This document shows, one piece after another, positions 38,947-48,770 of a stretch of 50,961 nt of DNA (the first letter of the stretch is position 1; each line of letters starts with the position of its first letter). The stretch is from Craspedostauros australis. Lineage: Eukaryota. The notes under the pieces were generated by a model, which made no database searches, was not told the DNA's origin, and saw only the letters and a list, made by a program, of their open reading frames with translations. The translations under genes were made by a program, and so were the position numbers. The DNA lies in the NCBI GenBank assembly GCA_030167865.1, contig JALAGF010005301.1, positions 1 through 50,961 on the forward strand, read 5' to 3'.

Positions 38947-39744
38947 ATGACGCAAGACATAATGCAACAAGAGGAGCACCACAGACAGCTCGGTGACGCC
39001 AGCGACGTCGAGTGTGCAGCCGGCACCATCCTGCAGAAAATTGGCTGCATCCTTTCCTACGGCGGCAGCCGGAGAGATATCATCATCAACTATCTCCTCC
39101 TCGCCTTCAACTTGTACTTTTGCATCAAGATGGTGCGCCTCCAAATCTCGGCCTCATCGTCGTCGTTGTCGTCGTCATCGATGGCGGTGCAACCTTCCAC
39201 GTTCCTCAAATCTACGACTGCTGCATTCGCCTTCGTCATCATCTTCCAAGTATCGCTGTGCTTGATCGTTCAGTGTTCTGGCATCTCCATCATTTGGTGC
39301 GCTATGGCGGGATGGATGATGAGCCAACGTCGCCAGATCTCGGAGTCGATCCAAATGGATGTGACGCAGGATGGCGTGGGCACGCAGGATGGCATGGACA
39401 CGCAGAACTCAACCGACTGCAACAGCGACAACAACGACACAGAAACGACAAGACGAGCCCTGTCCAAGATTCCGCTGGCCATCACCACCAACTTCGCCGC
39501 CATCGTGTACTACGCCGTCGTTGCTGCGCCCATCACCACCGTGGCCCACATTTGCGCCTTGGTGTTGGGCGCCGTGCTTTCTAAAATGGCGTTGCGGCGC
39601 TCTTTGGCGCTCGTCGAGGAGGAAGATTACGAACAGGATGTTGGCATCACGCACACAGACGATCTCACGTCTCCATTGATTGTCGCGCAACAGAGAATAC
39701 CGACACCCACCAACGTCCAGCAGCTGCTATCTTCCAACGAGTAG
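38947..39744 (+). CDS. Hypothetical multi-pass membrane protein (about 4-5 TM)
   Basis: Hydrophobic segments IIINYLLLAFNLYFCI, AFAFVIIFQVSLCLIV, FAAIVYYAVVAA, VAHICALVLGAVL; coding-like composition; alternative ATG at 38800. Confidence 0.65.
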   Translation: MTQDIMQQEEHHRQLGDASDVECAAGTILQKIGCILSYGGSRRDIIINYLLLAFNLYFCIKMVRLQISASSSSLSSSSMAVQPSTFLKSTTAAFAFVIIFQVSLCLIVQCSGISIIWCAMAGWMMSQRRQISESIQMDVTQDGVGTQDGMDTQNSTDCNSDNNDTETTRRALSKIPLAITTNFAAIVYYAVVAAPITTVAHICALVLGAVLSKMALRRSLALVEEEDYEQDVGITHTDDLTSPLIVAQQRIPTPTNVQQLLSSNE

Positions 39745-40934
39745 AGGAGGCAGTAACGAAATGGAATTATCTTCCAGCGATGAGCTGCTGTAAATAGTAT
39801 AGTCGAACGGTTGATGGAATGGCGATGTTGGCTCAAAGCATTCTTCCAAAACGTTCTTGCTGTTGACCATGCGGTGCGAAAAGAAGATCATTCCAGAGTG
39901 CATGGTTGCACTGCTTCAGAGTTGATCAAAGCACATTCCTCAAGCGAGACAGTAGCGAACCATAGATGGAGAGATACATGCATGCGATCTATTATACTAG
40001 AGTAGTCGACACACCATCGGTGCGTAGGTGGTTGATCTTCAGAAATGAGATCGAGCTCCAGGCGAACACGAAATTCGTTGGCTCTACCCTCGCTATGTCT
40101 GATCGAAGGTAGACCTGACATTTCCAAGACACAGGACTCCATCGACCACATTGAGAACATGAAGTCAAAGGAATCAAATTCGAACCCTTTTCAGTCCTGC
40201 ATCCGTTGCGTTGAATCCACCCCCGTGTCCCAGCGACATCGCCGAATGTCACGATTCACCTTCGATGCGACCGTTGCCACATTTTGAGACACAACCCACA
40301 CACGGAAAGAACAGTGCGTTTGACGAACATGGAGCACCTTGTTGTGCGGCAGGACTGCCTCATCTGCGTTGGGTTTCGTGTTGCAACCCATTCCTTCTGT
40401 GCTTTCTGTGGAGATACTTGGTGCTGTCGCCAAATCTCCAGGTGGAGATGGCGCTGTGGGCAATCACGATGATCATGATGATGGTCATGTTTGTGTGAGG
40501 AGAGGTGCATCAAGCATGCCAGAGTCTGTACCATTCCTACGCGCGTGTTCACGTGTGTTCATGTTCTGCCGCATGAATATGAGGACGAGTGCGAATACAA
40601 CTGACGGTCAGATCCGCGCGAAGGATGCTGATGAGAGAGACAGAGCAAGGACCACGATAACAACAACAACAACAAAAGAGCAAGAATTGTTGTGACAGGA
40701 AGTCGAGTTGGGCGGCAGGTTGTAAGAAGACGCATCCAGCAGCACCATCAACATCACCAACCATCAAAGAACAACAGCAAGTCATAATCACAAAGTTTGG
40801 GAGAGTACTTCAATCGCTTCAAACCTCACGCATCACAAACACCGTTCAACAATCAACGAATAGTTTATCCAAGGAATATTAGTACACCATCAAAGCCAAG
40901 CCAAGCCAAGCCAATCACTCTCGCTCTCTCCCAA

Positions 40935-43079
40935 ATGAAGCTCCACAGATCGACGTGGGGCAGTATGGGCGCAGCGACGATGATCGCAGCAGTTACATTT
41001 GCAATGGGTATCAGCTCCGCATTGGCCAATGCATCAACGCAAACATCTCCCGTCACCCCGATGGGCAAGGGGCCGGTCGGACTCCAGGCACTGGACGACA
41101 GATACGCGGTGGTCGCCGATTCTGCGTTGGATGCGCTTGTCGTCATCGACACCACGCTGGGAGGAATGGTGGGGCACATCCTCTTGCACTCATCATTGGA
41201 CAATCCAGACACCCGCACGCAAGGGAACGGAGGAGTTCACAGCGACGTGTTCGATTACTGGATGGACCCCATCGACGTCGCCACGTGCCCCCACTGCGAC
41301 TACGCCATCGTGACATCGCGCAAGAAGAACCTCATCTACCACATCGACCTCATGGGACATACCTGGAATGACATGGCAAAGAAGCAAGATTTCAGCCCGC
41401 TGAAGGAAGTCTCATTTGAAACCAATATCCATCCTATCATTGCGAATGTCAGCGACTACATCGATCCCACCAGTTCGGACGCGGAGAATGTCTTCGAGAA
41501 GGTCGTCCTCACACGCAACAAGGATCAGGCCTACGTGTGCCACGCCACCAAGGGTGTGTACCGATTCAATCCCATCGACAGCCCAGATCTCGTCATGTTC
41601 CTCCCCATCGAGAAACTGGACGGGGTCGACAGAATCTTCAGCTGCAAGCTCTCCGTCGACGAGAAGTTCCTGTTCGTCACATCCAGTGACACCTTCACCA
41701 TCACCGAAATCGGCACGGTGAACAATCCCTCCAAGCCACTCATGTCGTACGCCCTGCAGGTCGGCGACGCATGCAGCCACGACGGCATGACTCTGCGCTT
41801 CTCTGACTACCAGACCGTCGTCACCAAGAACGGCAGAGAATACCTGTACGCACTGGGATACCGCAGCACAAGCACTGACGGCAACACCACCGATGCAGAG
41901 CCTGCCATCAACCCAAATGAACAGGACGGCATGGCTCTGTACATGCTCGCACTGGAAAAGAAGACGGAAGATGCCGAAAGCGGAATCAAATCCTGCGATC
42001 GTATTGCCGGTGATGTCACCGAACCATTGTCATGGGTCGATGGCAACGGCGATGCGATCCGCTTCTCCCGATCCAACGCCCTGGCGTCTCTCTCCTCCAC
42101 CTTGATCATCGAAGAGCACATCCGGTTGCTCATTTCTGACACCGACAACCGAGCACTTCGATTGCTGACAATGCCAGTTGAGGATGTCGAAACCACGACA
42201 TCAGCCACCATCGTGTATGACGAAGACCTGTGGCATGCTTTGTACTTCGATGGACTGGAGGGCCCAGTGGAAGATCGTGACTTCACCTTCTTCCTGCCGT
42301 CGGCCTACAACAGCTCCACCCACGACGCCACGACCCTCGAAGATGCATGCATCCAAAGTGATCCGCATGGACGCCTGTGCACGGTCCAGGAATACCGCAA
42401 GTACCTCGAAGCCTTCAGCTTTTCCGATTCCAACGGCGTCGTGGGCCTGTGGGCGCGAGACCTCTGTAGTGGATGCGTCCTGGAAGGACCGGGATACTGT
42501 GAATCAGAAGTCACGTCGCCGCAGATCGCCAAGCGCGCATCGATAGACAGCGGCGCATGGGGATTGGATCATCACATTTTCGTCTCCATCTCAGTGAATG
42601 ACGACAACATGAAGCATATGAATACGGAATGCGTGCACGAAGACACCGTCCAGTACTCGGTGCCATTCTGTTGCGTAGATCTGCAAGAAGCGCCACCACC
42701 AACACAAGACGAGGGTGCCGAAGAGAAGAAGGACAAGATCGTGGAAAACCGCGAAGTTGGCAGCAGCAACGACGGGCTCTTCCAACCCGGCGTTGGCACC
42801 GACAGTGTCAGCGATGACGCTCAAGACGGCAACGGTGGCGGCGCCACCAATACCCCGCCAGGCGACAACAACAGCAGCAACAATGACCGCAGTCCCATCC
42901 GAACCACCGCAAACGACGGCAAGAAAAGCGGTGGCGGCAAAGTCGTGATCGTCATTATCTGCGTTCTCGCTGTTGCAGCGGCTGCATTGTTCGTTGCCAA
43001 GAAGAAAGGATTGCTGGAGAGACGCACCCAAACAGTCGTATCCTTTCCAGAAATCACGGAACAACATTCGTTGGCCTAA
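40935..43079 (+). CDS. Type I membrane protein: signal peptide, NHL-like beta-propeller, Cys-rich domain, G/D/N linker, TM, short tail
   Basis: GPVGLQALDDRYAVVADSALDALVVID; DPIDVAT..YAIVTSRKKNLIYHID; AGD..WVDGNGDAIRFSRSNAL..LLISDTDNRALRLL (NHL-type); DAC..GRLCTVQEY..C..C..C..C..CC; TM VVIVIICVLAVAAAALFVA then KKK. Confidence 0.75.
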   Translation: MKLHRSTWGSMGAATMIAAVTFAMGISSALANASTQTSPVTPMGKGPVGLQALDDRYAVVADSALDALVVIDTTLGGMVGHILLHSSLDNPDTRTQGNGGVHSDVFDYWMDPIDVATCPHCDYAIVTSRKKNLIYHIDLMGHTWNDMAKKQDFSPLKEVSFETNIHPIIANVSDYIDPTSSDAENVFEKVVLTRNKDQAYVCHATKGVYRFNPIDSPDLVMFLPIEKLDGVDRIFSCKLSVDEKFLFVTSSDTFTITEIGTVNNPSKPLMSYALQVGDACSHDGMTLRFSDYQTVVTKNGREYLYALGYRSTSTDGNTTDAEPAINPNEQDGMALYMLALEKKTEDAESGIKSCDRIAGDVTEPLSWVDGNGDAIRFSRSNALASLSSTLIIEEHIRLLISDTDNRALRLLTMPVEDVETTTSATIVYDEDLWHALYFDGLEGPVEDRDFTFFLPSAYNSSTHDATTLEDACIQSDPHGRLCTVQEYRKYLEAFSFSDSNGVVGLWARDLCSGCVLEGPGYCESEVTSPQIAKRASIDSGAWGLDHHIFVSISVNDDNMKHMNTECVHEDTVQYSVPFCCVDLQEAPPPTQDEGAEEKKDKIVENREVGSSNDGLFQPGVGTDSVSDDAQDGNGGGATNTPPGDNNSSNNDRSPIRTTANDGKKSGGGKVVIVIICVLAVAAAALFVAKKKGLLERRTQTVVSFPEITEQHSLA

Positions 43080-43528
43080 AGAGAGAAGTGGGCAACCAAA
43101 CCAGCCAACCAATTACGCGTCCATGCGATGCGACGCCGTCCAATGAAGCACCACGCAATTGAATGTTGCCCATACCTATTATAGTTAATAATCATTTTGA
43201 TGGAGTACTCCACTTTAACCGGATACAAGAGCAGTTCATAGTTGAGCGACGCACATGATCTTTTCAATACTTGTTGATGTCCTTCGGACTTGCGATGCTC
43301 TGTATTCATTGTGAATACTACACAAATTGTGGCAAAGAATCGTCCACGTTTGCGGCAAGCATCTCTCTCTCTCTTTGTGACACCTCCATGCCATTGCAGC
43401 ATCCTCTTCCAAACGAATAATGCTTGTGCAAGGAGAGTACCTTGTGTCGTGTTTGCGCTTTGTGGGTGTAATTTAACATTGCATCGCACTCCTCTCGAAA
43501 GTATTCCAATATTCGAGCGTAGAGCACT

Positions 43529-44974
43529 CTATTCCGCACTCTCTGGCTGCTGCTGCTGCTGCTGCTTGTGTTTCTGCTTCTGCTTCTGTTGCTTCTGCTT
43601 TTGCTCTTGTTTTCCCTCATCCGCATCATCCGCTGTTGCTGCTGCACCTCCTTCTGCTGCCTTGCTCGTCGTCGCTGGCGCCTTTTCCCCATTCGCTTTA
43701 TTTTTCCTTCGTCGCGATGATCGTTTCGAGGGCGGCTGGTTTTTGCGTTCTTCCTGTAACCGTTGCTGTTCCGACACGACGCGCTGCTGGATCATCTCCA
43801 CTTCCGCCTTGCTCCTCGTGACAAAGCTCGTGGGGTCCTCCAATTCCAACCACAGATTGGCGGTGGGATTGACGGGATCCATGACGATGGCATTGGCATG
43901 CAACGTCGTGAGCACTTCGTCCGCACTGTCTACAATGTCGCGCTCGAACAAAGGCTGGCGCGATTGTAATGGAATATCCTCCTTCTTGTAGGCCCCGCCG
44001 AAGTAAACGAAGAGCGGCGGGAGGTTGTCGGCGTCGTACGACGATGCAGCGCTGCCGACGCTCGCAACGAGTTCAAAGAAGGTGATCAACAGCTTGTGCG
44101 CAAATCGCGGATAGGAATGCTTGCTGGTCTTGCCAGTGTTGATGTTGCAGAGCTTGTTCCTGCGAAAGGCTTCCAGCACTAGCACCTCCAGCAGATACGA
44201 CTTCGGCTTGCAGTGCGGTTCCCACGTGAAGGAATCGCGCCATTGTCGCACGACGCGCACCATGTTGTGGAACAGATCCGTCTGGCGTTTCATGAGCTTG
44301 GCCGCCGATGGCAGGACCGATGCCTTGAGGTACTGGCGGCGCGTGGGCGAGGCGACCTCGAGGAGATCCCTGGACTGGACGTTGGGCACGCCGATCCAGA
44401 TGGAAACCTCGATGCCATCGATGATGTAGGAGACGGAGAACTTGCCGCGACAACGCGTGGACTTGGCGCTGGGGTACTCAATCTCGATGGTGCTCTGCAG
44501 CTCATCGAGGAGTCCCGGCAGCTCGTCCGGAATGTCCGCCGCATCCAGCCAATCGATGAAGACGACGAGGTCGACATCGGCCGACGACGGCGACGCCGTG
44601 CCTTTGCCCATCGATCCGCACGTGGTGACCTTGCCGGCATCCACATCGGCGATCTGCAGACAGACGTCCGTGACCTTGGCAATGATGGAGCGGTACAGCG
44701 CCACCTGCTCTGCCGACAGTCTCAGGCCCTTCACGAACTTCTCCTGGCCAGATCGCGTGAGTGGCCAGGCCCATTCGGCCTTGGGGCGGCCCACGGCAGC
44801 ATCGGCCTCCGCCGCATCCGAATCGTCGTCGGCAATCTCCGCCGTGGAGCCCGCAAGCACCTCCTCCAGCTGCTGCTCCGCGAGGTCGAAGTGAGCCTTG
44901 AAGGCGTCCTCTAGCTCCTGGAAACCACCGAAGCTGCCGCTGTCGTCGCCGTCCGATGCTGCACCAGTCGACAT
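43529..44974 (-). CDS. 2'-5' oligoadenylate synthetase-like nucleotidyltransferase (OAS/cGAS-DncV-like superfamily), 481 aa, intronless
   Basis: KVTTCGSMGKGTASPSSADVDLVVFI (OAS GSxxKGT..DxDLVVF); NMVRVVRQW (cf. LIRLVKHW); PKSYLLEVLVLEAF (cf. PQYALELLTVYAW); IVMDPVNPTANL (cf. VILDPADPTGNL). Start at ATG 44974; the upstream ORF extension is only a microsatellite. Confidence 0.85.
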   Translation of the reverse strand: MSTGAASDGDDSGSFGGFQELEDAFKAHFDLAEQQLEEVLAGSTAEIADDDSDAAEADAAVGRPKAEWAWPLTRSGQEKFVKGLRLSAEQVALYRSIIAKVTDVCLQIADVDAGKVTTCGSMGKGTASPSSADVDLVVFIDWLDAADIPDELPGLLDELQSTIEIEYPSAKSTRCRGKFSVSYIIDGIEVSIWIGVPNVQSRDLLEVASPTRRQYLKASVLPSAAKLMKRQTDLFHNMVRVVRQWRDSFTWEPHCKPKSYLLEVLVLEAFRRNKLCNINTGKTSKHSYPRFAHKLLITFFELVASVGSAASSYDADNLPPLFVYFGGAYKKEDIPLQSRQPLFERDIVDSADEVLTTLHANAIVMDPVNPTANLWLELEDPTSFVTRSKAEVEMIQQRVVSEQQRLQEERKNQPPSKRSSRRRKNKANGEKAPATTSKAAEGGAAATADDADEGKQEQKQKQQKQKQKHKQQQQQQPESAE

Positions 44975-45072
44975 GATACCAAAACTAATCGATGAAATAT
45001 CGAATTTCTCTCCTATCTTTCCTTCGTTCGACAATGTTGGCGTTGCTGTCCTCTTGTACAATATTAGATTGT

Positions 45073-45137
45073 AATACAATACAATACAATACAATACAAT
45101 ACAATACAATACAATACAATACAATACAATACAATAC
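45073..45137. repeat. (AATAC)13 microsatellite ~100 bp upstream of the OAS-like start
   Basis: Read directly. Confidence 0.95.
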
Positions 45138-45775
45138 AGACAGTAGAGTAGAAGGCTGTGCTACGAGTGGACGACCTATTCTATGTTTTCTGCCCTGCTC
45201 TTTGTGTCCAATCCGTACGCATGCGTGCGCACTCCTGACACCAAGGGAATGAGTGTCGCTGGCTTTCGCGGTTTCTCACGTGTTGTGTTGACATGTGCGT
45301 TTGTTTCCACTTTGGTTGGTGGCAGACGGAGTGACCAAAGGGACTGTTCTAGTCATTTGTCACGTTTTGAGGGTGCACGACTCTACAGTCGTGCTCGTGC
45401 CAAAGTCTATTAGCATGAGACCTCTCTATTAGAGAGACTGAAACGGCGTTCACTGAACCATGAGTGCTGCGCAATGCTCCAAAGCTGTTCGAGCCAACCT
45501 TGTGCCTTGATGATACTATTATACTTTCCGTGAAGGTTACTATTTTGAGTTTATATATGTTTTGCTTGTTTGCTTGTCTGTTTCGTTCATTGGTTGGTTC
45601 GGTGGTCAACACACCAGGCCATCGAGCCTGAGCCCAGTCGACAAACATGACAAGTCCTGGACACAAAGACAGGCATTGGACAATCACTGATCAATTCCAC
45701 TCTCCAGCATGGGCGGAGTCGTTTGGAACTGCGTCGTGAGTGCGACGGAGAAATCTGTTTGATTCTGCGAGTCGC

Positions 45776-47207
45776 CTATGAGATGTCTGGGATGTCTCCT
45801 CCTCGGTCTTCCATCACTGTCTGCTGCACGGATGCTGCAAACTTGGCAAACGAAAAGCTCTGCGTTGATAGATGGATGGATGGTATTATGGATGCAAGTG
45901 TGATGCATAACAATGGAGAGTGTGGCAGAGGTTTGCGTTGTTGTTCAAGTTGGGATGAAAGGATAACGAGAGGCGAAGGATAGGGGGATGGATGGATGAA
46001 TGGAGAAGATGCTTGTGAGACGACGACGACGACGACATGGATCTTCACGGGTGGCGTGTTCGCCATGGACATCCTTCCACACAGCATGGCTCACTGCAGC
46101 GCAACACAACGTACCTGCATGAAAACACGTCCCGGTCCCGTGAGGGTGGTGGAAAAGCATCCTTCCCCTCCGCAACAGCAGGTGAGGCACCGTCCGTTGG
46201 AGGTGATGCCCACCGAGACGCTGTTTTCGAACGCAACGATGGATTCGGTATCGACCGTGACGGTCTCGCCGGCCTCGAGCATTCGGTAGACGAGAGTGCC
46301 GCCAGCGGCCAGGAAGGCCATGGATCCATCGGACCCTTCGATCTTCTGTCGGCACATGCCCAGGCCACCGCAGCAGCATGTGACGGGGTTTTTGTCGCAG
46401 TCGCACCCGGTCTCGACATCGCCGAGCTGCGTCATGATGGCGCCGCCCTTGGCGATGAGATATTCGCCAGATTGGACGTGCGTTCCGAACTTGACCTGTG
46501 GAATGTTTGTTTGTGTTAGTTTTCATTTGTTTTCATGTGGTTTCATGCGTTGTCGCGGGGCACGTGCATATTGCACAACAATCGTATAGTATTAATGAAA
46601 AGTAGTAGTGGCAGATGCGTGAGACGAGACAGGCGGCTTGAACGTGATGATCTTCGCGCACATGATGAGAACGAACACAGCAGCAGCAACCACCCGAATC
46701 GTAGCAACGTCAATAACAATAACAATGACGACGACAGCAACAGCAGTGACCAACAGATGTGATACGTACCGGAACGATCTTGGCCGGAAAGTTGGGAGTC
46801 AATCCGGCATATCCTTGCTCGCTGGTCTCGTTCTTGAGGAAGACCTTGACGCAGCTCTCGCCACCGCAGATGCGGCTCCATCCTTCTCCGCAACCACCCT
46901 TGCTGCACAGCGTGAGCTCGACCTCCGTCTCCATGAACGGCGACATGTACATGAAGGATCCCACCTCGGTCTGGATGGTCTCGCCGGCCTGCACGGTGGT
47001 GCTCAGGATCTGCATGTCATGACCCGCGATGTGCCATTCGTGCCCGGCGTCGTTGTGTTCCTTGGTGGTGGCAGAGGGCGGGATGTACCATTTGAAGCCG
47101 GTGCCCATGGGATCCATCTTGCGCTCCAGATCCTCCGTCAACGGCACCGCCTCCGCGGCGATGTCGATGACGATGTCCTGCTCCTCTTCCTTGTAAGTGT
47201 ATTCCAT
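45776..47207 (-). CDS. AIM24-family protein, paralog A; exons 47207-46770, 46495-46115, 45859-45776 (300 aa)
   Basis: IAGHDMQIL..GETIQTEVGSFMYM, GGES, GLTPNFPAKIVP|VKFG, GGTLVYRMLEAGETVTVDTESIVAF, GGEGCFSTTLTGPGRVFMQ|SFSF; GTACGT donors and CAG acceptors in frame. Confidence 0.88.
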
Positions 47208-47990
47208 GGTGCAGAGTTGTGTTTGTGCTGTGTTTGTGTGCTGCGATTATATAAGAGTGGAATAGTCTAGTGTAGAGCAGATCCTTTGGTTTGTCACTCT
47301 GGTGATCTCTGTGAGTGCGCTGATGGCTCTTGGGCGTTGATGCCGTTGAATGATGGAAATGGATTGTGTGTCTGCCATCTCTGTGTTGGTGCACGCTTTC
47401 GGTGGCGATTGTACTTGGTCAACGAGGCCCGCGCTCACGACTTGGGCTGACAAGCGAAGGGCTTTGGTGATGTTCGGAAGGTAGGACAAAGATCGTTGAG
47501 ATCACAGACATACCTTCGCCCCCGAAATTTGATTGTTCACATCGCCCCCAAAACTGTGCTCCATGCGAAGCGGGCAAAGATCTGGGGCTCAACCGTCGTT
47601 AAATCCAGGTGATGTCCGAATCACACGAGAAGTGGAGAGAGTTTGATGCTCTCCCATGTGATGTGACCTGATGCGGCGCAAGTACCAGTGAAGCGGAAGA
47701 GATTCATGTCGCGACATGCGTCATGATGGCGCCGCATCTCTCTCCCCGTACGCTCACGAGTAGATCGAAGAGAGATATTACACAACATGGTCAATTTGGA
47801 ATACTCTACGAACTACAAGTACGAGTAGCAACATGATTCACATTCAGATGCGTCAGGGATTACATTTAGAGTACTCTGGACTTGTTTGACGTTCATCGCT
47901 TGGCTTGACATGGCATGGTATTGGATTGAACTCTGTTGCATTCTGCCGACTTGCGTTGCATTGAGATTTGCATTGAGATTTCCATCCACT

Positions 47991-48770
47991 CTACCTACGA
48001 TAGATCTTGTCGGCCGCCAAGGCCTCCAGGAAGACCGTCTTGTTCATGCTCTGCACGATGGCCAGTCCGGGTCCCGTGAGCGTGGTGTTGAAGATCCCCT
48101 CGCCACCACCGAACATGCCGACGATACCACCCGCGCGTCGCAGATCGAGCTTGCAGCTCTCCGAGAAGGCCAGGATGCAGTTGGTGTCGATGAGGATGGT
48201 CTCACCCTCCTTGAGGACCTTCTGCACGATGGTGCCGGTGACGCCGAGCAGGACCGTGCCGGTGCCCTTGAGATTCTGCCGCACGAGGCCGACACCGCCG
48301 CAGCAGCAGCGAATGAAGTTGCAGTCGCAGTTGATGGTGACCTCGACGTCGCCGATGGAGCCCATGTAGGATCCCTGCTGCGCGATGAGGGAACCGCCGA
48401 CCTCCGGCAGGCTGAGGTCGATGGGAATGACCTTGCCCTGCGGTTCGTTGGGCGTCATGGCGGCAAAGCCGCGTTCGCCGCTGCCCGTGTTGGTGAAGTT
48501 GAGGACGCAGCACGATTCGCCGGAGAGGCAGCGGTTGCAGCATCCTTCGCACGTGGCCGACTGCGTGACGCCGGGAGTGAGGAACATCATGGTGCCTGGC
48601 TCACCCTTGCAGGTCTCACCGGGTTCCAATCCAACGGAGATGATCTGCGATTCGTACCCCGTGATGGCGAACTTGGTGGCCGCATCGTCTGGCAGCTTCA
48701 GGTGATCCCAGCCGCTGGCCTCCAGCACGATCTCAGGTTCCTTCACTTCGAGCTTGTCGTATCCGGACAT
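47991..48770 (-). CDS. AIM24-family protein, paralog B, intronless (259 aa)
   Basis: ITGYESQIISVGLEPGETCKGEPGTMMF, LSGES, GKVIPIDL, LKEGETILIDTNCILAF, FGGGEGIFNTTLTGPGLAIVQSM. Confidence 0.9.
   Translation of the reverse strand: MSGYDKLEVKEPEIVLEASGWDHLKLPDDAATKFAITGYESQIISVGLEPGETCKGEPGTMMFLTPGVTQSATCEGCCNRCLSGESCCVLNFTNTGSGERGFAAMTPNEPQGKVIPIDLSLPEVGGSLIAQQGSYMGSIGDVEVTINCDCNFIRCCCGGVGLVRQNLKGTGTVLLGVTGTIVQKVLKEGETILIDTNCILAFSESCKLDLRRAGGIVGMFGGGEGIFNTTLTGPGLAIVQSMNKTVFLEALAADKIYRR

Noticed and set aside
39780..40800. Short ORFs between the membrane protein and the NHL gene
   Set aside because: No recognisable motifs or consistent splice structure.
44975..45124. N-terminal MYCIVLYCIVLYCIVL extension of the OAS-like ORF
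   Set aside because: It is the translation of the (GTATT)n microsatellite, not a signal peptide.
45349..45436. Hairpin GCACGACT-ctac-AGTCGTGC near a CTAG, Helitron-end-like on the minus strand
   Set aside because: Spacing of ~22 nt is atypical, CTAG is not followed by T, and no matching 5' end or Rep/helicase is visible.
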